Source: Mytilus trossulus (Eukaryota). From it: a DNA stretch of 64,000 nucleotides. The translations under genes were made by a program, and so were the position numbers. Under the pieces are notes generated by a model. The model was not told the DNA's origin. It did not search any database and saw only the letters and a list, made by a program, of their open reading frames with translations. The stretch is from positions 41,230,001 through 41,294,000 of the forward strand of contig NC_086375.1 in NCBI RefSeq assembly GCF_036588685.1, given 5' to 3'. This document shows, in pieces, positions 22,420 to 35,120 of this stretch (its first letter is position 1; each line of letters starts with the position of its first letter).

Positions 22420-23320
22420 TCAACACTCATCCTTTATCATCTGTTACGATAATACCTGGCACAAGAGTAAACATGTTATTGTCTAGGTATGATATTCTGT
22501 AGCAATCGTTTCGACATATTTTTTTTCATTAGTTTTTTTATAGTCCAAATCTTCATATATTCACTAGATGATCAATATGTAACATCTATACGTCCAGTGT
22601 ATATGAACGTGAAATGAAGCAAGCGTAGTCATGGATTATGTATAATGTTCTCTATACAGAACCATTGTATCCTCTCATTAATAATCGGGTTTTAATAAGT
22701 TAACATTTGAAAATTTAATATGCAGATAGGCACATGAAGTTATCATATCTTTTCTCATCAAATCTATATTCTTAACTGGAAACGGACTTTATAAACTGGA
22801 TCTACGTCCGCCTCGTTAAAATGTAAACTTCTGGTAGTTTTCTAAATGGATATTTCTTTCATCCGATCAACATCGCTATAAAACAAGTTTATTGCACAAT
22901 TCTCTCTATATGAAAAAACCTGTACCAAGTTAGGAATATGAGAGTTGTTATCCATTCGTTTGTTGTGTTTGAGCTTTTGATTTTTCCGTTTAGTTAAGGG
23001 TTTTTCGTTTTGAATATTTCTCGGGTTTCAGTATTTTTTTGTGATTTTACTTTTCATTCATTTACGACATGCTAGTGGTATGTAATTGTAGATACACGTC
23101 ATATTTCTGCAGAGACTTGGTTCCGTCGTTGTCATATTTTACCTGTTTGAAAGCTGCTTCATTGATCTGACGTGTGACTAGAAAACATCGGATAAGAATG
23201 ATTTCAGTTGTTGTGTTTCAACTTTAAAACACCCGAGATTTTGATCCTTGATGTTTTTATGGACCTTCTCACAATCTGTACATTACCCCGCTTAACAAAC
23301 TGTACAACTTTTCACTGCCT
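22420..23320 (-). pseudogene. Heavily decayed remnant of a third TRIM-like copy
   Basis: Minus-strand translation gives KAVKSCTVC*AG*CTDCEKV (23262-23320, B-box1), QLKSF...FLVTRQINEAAF (~23150-23210) and DCYRISYLDNN (~22477-22510). These fall in the same order as in the intact paralog, with large deletions and TE insertions. Confidence 0.7.
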
Positions 23321-24561
23321 ATATACATTGTATTAGAATGAGGAGATATAAGTGCCAATGAGACAAATCATTGCACGAGACCAAATGACAGAAATTAACA
23401 AATGTAGGTCACCGTACGGACTTCAACGATGAGCAAAGCCCATGCCGCATAGTCAGCTATTAAAGGCCCCCAAAATAACAAATGTAAAACAATTTATTTT
23501 AAAAGGGAGAACTAACGGCCTAAAGCATTTACAAAAATGTACGAAAAACAAATATGTAACACATCAACAAACGGCATCCACTGAATTACAGACTCCTGAC
23601 TTTGAAACAAGCACATACATACAGGACGGGGTTAAATATGTTAGCGAAATCCCAACCCTTCTCTAACATAGGACAGGGGTGTAACAGTACAACATAAGAA
23701 CGAACTATAAAAATCAGTTGAAAAGGCTTAACTCATATCAGATGGATACAATTAGAAATACATCTTACAAAAACACAGTTGACGTGGCCGGATAATTATG
23801 CATTATGTTTTACACGAAGAGTGTCAGATGTGGAGCAGGGTGTTCTTACCCTGCGGAGCACCTGGGAGCACCCCCAGTTTTTGATGGGATTCGTGTCATG
23901 ATTTATGTACTCAGTTATGTAATTTGTTGTACAAGAATTAAAGAGAATTAAGGGCACAAAAAGTTATGCTCGTTTGACAATAGTGAATAAACTGACAACG
24001 CCATGGCAGCAAAAAGGAAAAAAATAATAAACAAATGAACTCTAAAAGGTTACCTATTCAACACTTAAATAAGATCTTTGAGGACAGCCTCAGCTGGCCC
24101 TTTTATAAATGTGTGCTAGTTCATGGACGTCATACTCAACACAAAAACATGATCTTTCATGGATTTTCAATCTGTCTATACCGGTAATTTGGCATTGCAC
24201 AAGTCCATCTTTTTCTTTGACTGTTTTTGACGTCTTTACACTAAATCCATTGATGTTGGATGTGTTATGATTGATAATTAAGTCTTAAAGGCATGCTTTC
24301 TTTTGATTAGTTGTTATTTGCTTTGAACTCAATGCCAACAACTGTGAGTACTCTCAGATTTGTACTTAGTGTCTTTTTGTTGTTAATGTTACATGTACCA
24401 GCCTGGCCACGTTCGATCTGTGTTTTTGTTAGATGTATTTCTATCTATATCCATCTAATAAGATTAGCCTTTTGCAACTGAGTTTTATGTTTAACCCCTA
24501 CATATGTTGTATGTATGTGTCTGTCTCAATAGTTATCAAAGGTACCAGGATTGTAATTTAG

Positions 24562-24608
24562 TACGTCAGACGCGCGTTATCCTACATAAGACTCATCAGT
24601 GACGCTCA
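24562..24608 (-). ncRNA. Hammerhead ribozyme motif, core mutated
   Basis: Minus strand reads gcgtca-CTGATGA-gtcttatgtag-GATAA-cgcgcg-TC-tgacgt. Stem I is fully paired but the GAAA/stem II junction is altered. Same family as 11548-11593. Confidence 0.6.
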
Positions 24609-25044
24609 TATCAAAATATTTATAAAGCCAAACAAGTACAAAGTTTGCGAGAATCCTGTAATTCAGTAGTTGTCGTTTGTTGCTGTGTTAAATATATGTT
24701 TTTGTTCATTTTTATATATACATAAATGAAGTCGTTAGTTTTCTCGTTTGGATTGATTTACATTTGTCATTTTTAACTGCATATACCATTTAGGCTTTGG
24801 TCATTGTTGTAGACCATACGATGACCTACAGTTGTTAATTTTTACATTATTTAGTTTTGTGTGAAAGGTTGTCTCATTTGCAATCATACCACGTTTCTTT
24901 TTTTAAATATAAACAACAGTATATACATAACACAAAATAGAAAACTCAAGACTGAGCAACATGAAGCCCACCGTAAGTATTATTCTGATAGATATACAGT
25001 ATAACACCTGATTAAATTTCAAAACTTTATTCGAGTAATTGGAT

Positions 25045-28000
25045 TTACTTCTTTAAGTTGTCTGGAATTCCATTTACACGATACTTTATATTCGGATCTC
25101 CTCCAGATCTTCCCCACTGATTTGCTTCCCGATCTTTGTCTGAATCTGCAAGTTTCTCTTTGTACTCCTTATCACTCATTAATCCAAGTGTATTTTCTAC
25201 CTTATATCTCATCTTATCTGTTTTCTCTCTTATATCACTACAAAAATACAAACATTAAGACGTTTAAATGAAGTTATTTTGTCGAAAGCCTGATATATTG
25301 AAAGAAAAAAAACTTAGTGAAATAAGTAAAATAAAATATAAAGAAATATTATGATCATTAAGAGATATATCAACTCATTTACTAAAAAAATTCTAAGGTA
25401 TGCCTTCATTTTTGTAATTGTATTTTTAATGACAGGTATTGTATTGAACCGCCTACACTTTATTTGGTGTTAGTTTATGTAGTGAGAAGATTGACATATT
25501 CACTTTTTTTGGATTTTATTAATCCTCAAAACTTTCTTACAAGAACCCATTCGTCAAGACATTCATAAAAAACTGAATGTCTGTTTTCTATATACTTATA
25601 CTTAGACATATACCGTCTACTAGTTCAATTTGAGTGATAACTTTACAAGAAATACGAGACCATTATTATAGAGGGCTCATAAGATTTAAAACTGACAAGG
25701 CATATGAGCCCATATCGTTTTGTAAGATCCCGAACAACATATAATGTATCCTATCAAAAGAGCTATCATAATACAAGGACAACAGTACCCTATGGACATC
25801 TGAAAGCCAGTCATAATCATTGTTGTTATTTCGAAGTTAGTTGAGTTGATATTTGATACGTCACCTAATATCTTCTGCTGCTTTTACACCGCCTGGGCCT
25901 TGCTTTGCCGCATTATAATTTCCTTTCGCGTGAAAGTACTTGTCTGCACCAATCACGTTTGATTTTCGCATATCTCTGAAATTTTATAAATCTAAATAAA
26001 GATATCATACACTCTTTCTCTCTCTTTTAAAGAACTTTACCACAAGATTTAAACAACTAAAATAGTAGCTAAATCGTGCAGTGCTAAACATAGAAGCTTG
26101 ATGTTTTGTTAAATTTTCGATATACTAACAATACATGTATGTTTCTTTTGAATCTGTAAATTTGATTGGATATCCGCATTTTAGAGGCACTCCAATATCA
26201 ACAACTTTAGTTAATTATGACTGAACGTGCAATCAATGTTAAAATAATAGATATAAAGTAACGTACAAAAACTTGATTAAACTTGATTAAACTTGAAATT
26301 GAATGGATCGTTTTGTATAAACCGTTTATGCGCTTATTTCAAATTTTTTTTTTCGACAAACGCTTTTGCATCCGATTATTAAAATAGAAGCATTTTAAAT
26401 TTTTGAGTACAAAATTTGATTGATAAATTTCTTTTAACTCCATAAGTTTTTAATCATCTAAGGATGTCTTTGTCTACAGACGATGTTCGGTTGTGAGTGA
26501 GTATATCATCCAAGATTTCTGAAAAGTCGTCAATTATACAAGATTGCTCATGTCGATGTCAGAAGAATATATGTTATCCACAATATTTATTGGGTTTTGT
26601 TTTGATCAATTGATATTTTTTTGTTTTTTATTTTTACCTTCCGACGACTACGTTATTGTATCTATTGTGTACAGTTTGTCATAACGACAAGAAATTAATA
26701 TATCAACTACCGTCCCCTGTTACACCTAGATCATCGTCCCCAAAGGTAACAACCAATTCATTAGCAAACTGTTAAATTATGATAAAAGCATAAAAACAAA
26801 AAACAAAAAACAAGAGCCAAGGCAAAACAAATTGTTTTTGACATTGTCGTATATATGATCTCTTCTTTACCACTTGAAACTCCTGGGTCAAAAACTTCCC
26901 CGTAAGCAGCAGTTCTTTATCGAGGAAATCATTTTTATTGTTAACATGCAAAAAGCGTGGAAAACTGTATCACATTGATATCACGATTACTACTAGAGAG
27001 TAACCAATGTTGGCGGATTTACAATGCAATTGTTTTTGGATAATGTGAAGGTCAGGAGTATATAGTGCAATCACAACAAATTGGACGGTACTGGTATATT
27101 TTAAAAGGTTTTTGGTTCCGCTAAATGAAAAACGTCATCTCGAATGAATGAAGACAACAGTAGTATACCGCTGTACGAAATTCATAAATCTAATTTTGAA
27201 AAAAAATCCAGGTTACAAACTAAAACTGAGGAAACTACATCAAATATGAGAGGAAAACTATGACACAACAGAAACACAACACTTAAATGTAACTCACACA
27301 GAACTGAACTATAATATAACAATGACCACTTTCCTGATTTAGTACAGGACATTTTAAGAAAAATGGTGGGTTGAACTTGGTTATGCGGCTAGCCCAACCT
27401 CGCACTGTTATAGCAATGTTATATACTGTATAACATTAAAATGACAACATTACATGACAGGCCTACAGTCAAATAAATGCAAGAACATTCCGGACAAAGA
27501 AATACACAAATAAGCATTACAGTAGGACATTTCGACATACTATTACCAATGTTATTTCAACTGATCGGGCGGACCTTACGTTTTAATTTGCATGTGGACA
27601 GTCTATTTGAAGATGTGTGTGATAAGGATGATTGCCGTTATAATTAATACTGATGTCTAATCACCAATCAGTGTCATCAAAGGAATTTACAAAAGAATGA
27701 CTAGACACTTCAATGATGAGTTTATCCTAAAAAACCTATCTATAGATGGACTGGTTTATTATGAGCAAACCGTTTAACTCCGCCCAGTCAAGTGAAATAA
27801 ATCGAGTAATAATAGTTATGAATGCGGTTGATAGTTTAAAAAAATTTGGCCAATGGTGCCAATTTGACATGACGGCGACCATAAACGGCATCTTTGTTAA
27901 TTATTCTTTATTCAAAGTTCACAGCATTGAAACATGCAATCAATATAGTTATCAATCCTTAAAGGATATCATATATTAGCGAATTAGGAATAAAACTAGT

Positions 28001-28759
28001 AAATGTCAACTACCTTATTTTCTTCGCGAAGGGAGACTCTGTATGATGTATGCATCTTAGAAATTAAGAAACAAGGCGGCAAAAGTATGCATTTATTGAA
28101 ATACCGACTTTCTAACATTACTTCCAATCATGACAAATGTAATTAAAAAATACGGTCCCGATACTATGAATTTTTAAATCCCTGATTTTTTGGTTTAAAT
28201 TGTTTGTTTTTTTTTATAGATATTATGATTTTTTGCTGAAATAATTAATTTTTATGTATGATTTGGTATGAAACAAAGTAAAACTATCTCTTTCAATCTG
28301 CAAATTCAAATGTGTCAATTCGATGAACCTGCAAATTCTTACACCCGAGACGATCTCGCTACCATTAAACCACAAAGGCGGAATTGTGGATATAATTTTC
28401 ACACAAATCCTTAATATGAAGAATAAATTCCTCTTTAATAATTGTACTTACATATACGACTTCACCATTTCCTTTGATCCTTTTGAATATTCCTTTGCCC
28501 GATTTATCTTATCTTTTAATTTATTAATAACTGCCTGTGTTTTATCTTTAACTTTATTGATGACTGCCTGCGTTTTTGATTTCACCGATGATCCTCTCCA
28601 CCAGCTTGTTCTTGACCTTGACATACTACTACGATTTGAAGAACCTGAGCTTCTAGAACCACTGGAACCTGAGCTTGAACTTCCAAACCACGCATGCATG
28701 TCATCAACGTAGAAGACAAGTATTAGAGACAACACAAGTAGGAGTGTAAAACCTTTCAT
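25045..28759 (-). CDS. SAA: Serum amyloid A family protein with N-terminal extension, 203 aa; exons 28759-28452, 25975-25865, 25237-25045
   Basis: All introns are GT-AG and phase 2. The spliced product contains [51 protein letters not shown]...[29 protein letters not shown], carrying the SAA signatures DKYFHARGNYDAA.RGPGG and AN.WGRSG.DPN. A signal-peptide-like [23 protein letters not shown] opens the protein. Confidence 0.93.
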
Positions 28760-31700
28760 GTTCAAATCTAACTGCAAAGTGGATAGTCAAGTTTAAGTTA
28801 TGGAAATGCTATGTGTATGCTTAACACCAAAATTTGAACAATAATGATTCACCTTTACATCCCACGTCTAAAACATCACTAATGATGAATGAATTTTTTT
28901 CCCTGTACCCAATTTATGAAATTATTCTGGTCAGTGTCACTTTCATAATAATGTTTTAAGACTGAACTTTGTAAAGAAATAATCATAAATCGTGAAAATT
29001 TCAGTACAATTTAATTATCTACAGAAGGTTTTTTTATTTAAACTTTTCTTGTGTGTGTTGTTTCTGTTTTTTTCAGCAAGTTATCAAGTGTTATCAATCA
29101 AGATTGTAGATGAAGAAACAGATTTTAAACAGTATTTTCCTGTTTTAAAGGCAAATGAATATCTAAGACACAGAAAACATTGATAAAACTTAAAAGATTA
29201 ATATGTTGAATAGAAACATTTTTTATTTTAATGATACGAAGAATTCGTTATCACTGTTTTCCTAATAAATGTCAATACCGATGACCCATATTTTAGCCTT
29301 TTTATGACATTTGGTGTATTGAACTTCATGCTTCTTGACCATGTTGACGTTCATCGTCGTCGCAAATAAGCAGTTATGATAAAAGCTAATATTGGTCGAA
29401 ACGAAAGAAAATAACTTAAAAATGTTTAGCTAATCCGTTTCCTCATCATGAGATATGTAAATTACATGTTCATATGTATTAAGTTTAAAATATGATACCA
29501 GGGTAATATAAGATTTTTTAATAAACATATGCAATACAGCTGATGTAAACAACTTATATATTTTTTCTATTAGGATGCGATAAATATATTGAGAATATAA
29601 ATATTAAGTTTGTGCGCATATGTCAAATATATTTTGTTCTAATAAGAACATGGCTTTGTTTACAACGCATATTAGAATTTAAATTCAAACATTGATAACC
29701 GACAGACAATGTCTTGTTTGGAAGATTTATTTTCCAAATCTATTTGCCAAAAAGTGGCATTATCATACTTTATTCCTGTTTGGTAAAACATTTTTTGTCT
29801 ATGAAACTGAAATATTTCAAACAAATTTTTCACATAAGGGCTATGTCAAAGATTTCTGTAAATTTTGCATACCACTAAAAGCTTGTTAAAATTTAACTGA
29901 AAATCGAAAAAAAAAAAAATAACGTTTTCATTTCTTTCATCTTTTGAAACTGTCTTAGTCTTGTCTTGAAATCATAAAATCTCCATTTAAAAATCAAATG
30001 ATTTATAGGTAGCACTTTGTAAATACAGCTGTTTCTTAATCAACGCTTCTTTTTGGGAGATATATAATATTCACAGATAATTAATTATGTTTACGAACTG
30101 GTTCCCAGATATGATCTCTATGTTTCATCTCGTACAGACATAAATTGGGAATATTTCCAGTTAAATTGAATTTTGTTGGAACTCTAAAGTTAAGGTAGAG
30201 AAAGTAAAGAATTCACATTTGATAAAAATAATAGTGCCTATAGACTTTCCATTCTATAATATATTTTTTTACAAAAAGTATAGTAATAGTAGTACATGCA
30301 CCTTATTATATTAACATTAACACATGATGTTACTTATAATTATCAAATGTACAAGGCTTATAATTAAACTCTGCGAAACAATCCTATTCATTTTAAACTC
30401 AAAGTTGTCTTATGTCAGCAGATAATATGAACATTAGTCTATTAAAATAGGAATAGCATTTAACAATACAGTCGTCCTTTCTAAATTTCTATCAGTGAGA
30501 GAAGGTAAAACCCTGGATAGTCCTACAATCTTATATTATAATACAATTGTTTTATATACCTCCAGATAAACTAACACGCCATGTTATTCACTATGTCTAT
30601 ACAACTGGGCAAATTAAAAAAAAATGTTTTACCTGAAATTCCGAAAAAGCGTTAGCACTTTTGAACAATAAAATGTTTTAACTCCTTAAATACCTCCAGC
30701 GGGATATCAATTATCTGTAGAGCAACAGATGCAATCAATTTTGATATTATTCTTGTAACTAAAACTGAAATGGTAACGTTGAATTCATGGAATTCATAAA
30801 AGCATATTGTCATGTCATATTTCTGATGTACCAAATCGATGTAATTGCCACGTTGATATGTATTACAAATCAGTTATTCTGTTTTTCTTTCTTTGTTTAG
30901 ATACTATGAGCATTTTGTGCACCTTATACTTCAAAAGTGAAACCAGAGAAATTTTAACCATATATGTCTTTCGTACAATGTTATGGTACTTCCTTAAATT
31001 TATATACATTTAATCTACATGTATTGTTTTTACAAAGGGATGTCATTTAAGCCGGAATACATTTTTTTACACAGCCTCTTCTCTTTCTAATAAGAATATT
31101 GTATGTGTTTCCTTCGATTTGAGTACAGATTCCTCTTTTCAATATGGCAATTCGCACAAACTGTTTAATGATAGATAAATACATTAGAAAAAAAAAGTTC
31201 TCACTTTGAAATAAGTATCTTATTACCTGCATGTGTATATTTTCTTTTTGTAGTCCAAAATAACTATTATTAAATGAAACAATTTACGTCGGAATTTTTA
31301 ATATTCAGCTTTAAGAAAATGATAATATGTACATGTATAAATGAATAGCAGAATGCAATTTTATTGGAATCATGTTTTTGGTACAAATATACGTATCATA
31401 AAGTAAACCAGATTGAGTTTTTTTTTCGACTCCAATATATAATACTTTGTTCAAAAGTCATTAATCAATTGAGAGAAAAACAGATCCGGGTTACAAACTA
31501 AAACCAAGGAAATACATCAACTAAAAGAGAAAAAATAGTGGAGCAACAGAAACCATGACGTGCAACAGAAACAAACGCCAAGGCAACATACAACTATTTG
31601 ATAACAATTGCCATAATCCTGACTTGTTACAGGACTGTGTAAAACAACCGAAAAATAAACCAGGAATCTACTTATTTTCCAAGTATAGCTAAGTTAGAGG

Positions 31701-33461
31701 ACTTTTTATTGACACCCAAAATTTACTTCATGTATCTTAAACTTGATTTAATTCTAAAAAATAACTAATGTATGGTGTTATCAATATCTATTTTCTGTCT
31801 AGGATGCTGTAGACCTAGTAACAAACATAAATACATTCACTAGAATACATTAGTATCGGTTTTATTGTATTATGTTACATGTACATATGTTATTCTTAAA
31901 TACCTGATAAACAAAATCGATGTGATTTCCACGTTATATTGTGTATATAACATATCAGTTATCCTGTTTGTTTGTCTTCGGATGACATTTTTTAGTCATT
32001 ACACATAACGTGCATTAAAAACACGTTTTACCTCAAAGTGAACCTATGGTATCTCCCTTACATTTATATACATTAAATCTTTATGTGCCATTTCATAAAA
32101 GAATGTCATTTAAGTCGGAGTTCATTTTTACAAACGTTTTAACTCTGAAATCTTATTTATTACATTTATATCTGACCTTTTTGTTATCAAATATATCTAA
32201 TCAAACAATTTAGCTTTACATTTAAATTTTGATAACCAGCTTTAATAAAATGGTTAACTGTATAAATGATTATGAGATATAAGAAGATGTGTGAGTGCCA
32301 ATGAGACGACTCTCTATCCAAATAACAATTTAAAAAAGTAAACCATTATAGGTCAATGTACGGCCTTTAACACGGAGCCTTGGCGCACACCGAACAACAA
32401 GCTATTTAAGGGCCCCAAAATTACTATTGTAGAACGATTCAAACGGGAAAATCAACGATCTAATCTATATAGAAAAACGAGAAACGAGAAACACGTATAA
32501 ATTACATAAAAAACGACAACTGCTGTACATTAGATTCCTGACTTAGGACTTGTATGCAATATTATTGATGAACATGTTGTTGTGTTTTTACACATATAGC
32601 TATCAAAAGTAAACTATATTCAATATTTTGTTTTTGACTCCAATATTTTACTATTGCTAATACAACTGAAAAATATAACTCGAACCTACGAAGTTTTCCT
32701 TCTACAGCTAAGTTATAGTTACTTTTATCTACACCTAGCATATATATTGTAAGACTGTTTTGACCGTGTTGTTTTAATGATAGTTTGCAGCACTGAAAAA
32801 TGTCTTAATCAAGTGTTTTTTTGTTATACCAATAACGGTTTCAATCTGTTTCCTGTCTTATTTTCTATCTTACATTAAAATGTTTATACTAAAACATGTT
32901 TGTATTGACATGTTCAGTTACTTGCGAGTACCGAATAAAATCGAAACAAATGTTAAAAAACTAGAAAACTAAAGTATTCTACACCTTTTTAACTTTTTAC
33001 TTGTAACTCAAAATATAATCATAAGTTATTACAATAGATAAGTGTCAAGAATAAAAATTACTCCTTCCATGCACCTTGGTTTTCAAAAAGTTAAAACAAA
33101 CTTTTTCTACATATTCTTAATCCTTAATTCTTTTTAAAGTTTGCGGACACATTTGCCATACTGTTTGTTCTTCAAAAGATTATTCGTGCTAAAAAATTAA
33201 AAGGAGACTTTCCAAACTACATAATAGGAAAAGTGGATAGGTTTACAATAAATGCATGAGAGCGTGAGATATATTAAAAAATATTGAATTTTTCAATATT
33301 TTGATTATTCAATACTGTGTATAAGAAAATTATTCAACAATATTGATATTAATGAGTCCTTCAGTAAGGTCATTTCAGATAAATGTACATTAATCGTGGT
33401 TATGCATTGATTTGACTAAAGCTGAATTTTCAAATTCAAAACTTAAAAGACATTATTAAAA

Positions 33462-35120
33462 TTACACAAGAGCGTACAAATAGCACCCCTTATCATCACA
33501 CAAAAGTAACACTTTTTTCTCGTTGTTGTAGTACAATGGACGTGGATTGTCTAAACCATCAGTTGTTGATAGTAATGTTCTGCTTGAATTCCCGTCATGT
33601 TGTATAACTATCAGTGAATTCGACTCTTGATCAACAACAAATACATTTTGATGATCATCCACAGCAATGCCCCATGGCTTTGTTAAGGATTTTTCTTTAC
33701 GTATCCATATCTCATCGCCTGCCATTGAGATACAATGTACAGCATCATCGACAGTGAAATAAATTCTATCTTTGGCAGTTCCTATAAATGACCCACATCG
33801 AACGGTAAACGATTTCAGTACTTTTCCTCCGACATCAATTATGTCAATGCCCTCTTGTGTAATAATTACAATTGTGTTGTCCTGGTACGATATTCCATAG
33901 CAAGATTCTTCAAAGTGAAATAATTTCCCCTCAATAGTATTGTTGTTTATGTTTAAAATCTCTATGCACTGTTCTTCGTATGTAACAGCAATACGGTCAG
34001 TGTCTATGACTGTCAAATCCAAGGGTGAGCCAGAGCATTGTATGTCACGGATATGTTTACCATCTTCACTATACTCCAGTATTACATTCTTTTCGTCATA
34101 ATTAGCTATCAACACATTTCCATTTGGTAACATGGTACATCCAGTCAAAAACGTTTCTTGATTTTCTTGTTCTACACTAAATTTTTTTTTCAACTGGAGA
34201 CGAATGCTGTGTATGCTTTTTGTATCTTGCACTCGAAGTTGTATCTGAGCTTGCTCTACATTTCTTTCCTTAAACAATAGACTGGTGATACTCTTCCGAA
34301 CTGATATGTCCCCGAGCTGATCTACTTCATCCATTAACGCGATGATAGAAGGATTCAACTGTACGTAAACTTGAAAGTTCTCGGCAGACTTGATTCCTTC
34401 TTTGACTGATTTTATTTCTTTGAAGACTGCTTCATTCATCTGACGCGCTCCCAGGAAAAGCTGAATTTCGGATGCGAATGATTTTAGTTGAGATGTTTGC
34501 TCCTTTAGACAACTCAACTCTCGTTTTGAGTTTTTCATACGGTTTAGAAGTTTGTTTGCTTCCGATTTACTATTTCCATGTTTTATGTCTAACTCTTGGA
34601 GAAGTTTTAGTTCTAAGTCTTCTAACTTTTTCAGTATTCTCGCTCGTGTATCAATGATTGAATTTTTGATTGTTTCCTTCTGACTTTCAAAATCCTCCAA
34701 AGCTGTCTCACGATCGGTAATGATTTGTTCAAGATTTTGTAATGCTGCGGTTAAAGTGACCTCCAAATCAGCCAGTGCGGTTGAATGTGTTGCATTTTCA
34801 GCAGCTGTTTCTAAAGGAATGACGTCAGAGCATGTGCTATGATTTGATGGAACGCAACCTAAACAAACTGCAACATCGTGTGTTTTACAATACAGTTCAA
34901 GTCGTTTGTCATGGTCTTCACAATTAAGGTTAACAGTGATATTTTGTATCTTCCAGAAGTCTTCAATGGATATCAGCCTGTGATTTCGTGATGTTTTGAT
35001 TACGTTATGAACCTTCTCGCAATCTGTACATAATCCCTCTTCACAAACTGAACACCATTTTTCTGCTTTTTTATTATTTTCTGCATAACCACAAGGACCA
35101 CAAAGATTTTTTTCAGACAT
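33462..35120 (-). CDS. RING-less tandem B-box, coiled-coil, NHL/six-bladed beta-propeller protein (TRIM-like), 552 aa, intact, single coding exon
   Basis: B-box1 CGPC..WCSVCEEGLCTDCEKVH..NH and B-box2 CEDH..YCKTHDVAVCLGCVPSNHSTC. A long heptad-rich region follows, then propeller repeats such as KPWGIAVDDHQNVFVVD and DGLDNPRPLYYN. An acceptor (tttaatag) lies 10 nt before the ATG. Confidence 0.9.
   Translation of the reverse strand: MSEKNLCGPCGYAENNKKAEKWCSVCEEGLCTDCEKVHNVIKTSRNHRLISIEDFWKIQNITVNLNCEDHDKRLELYCKTHDVAVCLGCVPSNHSTCSDVIPLETAAENATHSTALADLEVTLTAALQNLEQIITDRETALEDFESQKETIKNSIIDTRARILKKLEDLELKLLQELDIKHGNSKSEANKLLNRMKNSKRELSCLKEQTSQLKSFASEIQLFLGARQMNEAVFKEIKSVKEGIKSAENFQVYVQLNPSIIALMDEVDQLGDISVRKSITSLLFKERNVEQAQIQLRVQDTKSIHSIRLQLKKKFSVEQENQETFLTGCTMLPNGNVLIANYDEKNVILEYSEDGKHIRDIQCSGSPLDLTVIDTDRIAVTYEEQCIEILNINNNTIEGKLFHFEESCYGISYQDNTIVIITQEGIDIIDVGGKVLKSFTVRCGSFIGTAKDRIYFTVDDAVHCISMAGDEIWIRKEKSLTKPWGIAVDDHQNVFVVDQESNSLIVIQHDGNSSRTLLSTTDGLDNPRPLYYNNEKKVLLLCDDKGCYLYALV

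Noticed and set aside
28323-28712. 129-aa plus-strand ORF
   Set aside because: It is the antisense shadow of SAA exon 1. The ORFs at 2817, 6726, 7449, 11877 and 34472 similarly mirror real coding regions.
30146-30158. GGGAATATTTCC as an NF-kB site for SAA
   Set aside because: The spacing does not fit the 10-11-bp consensus, and the SAA transcription start is unknown.
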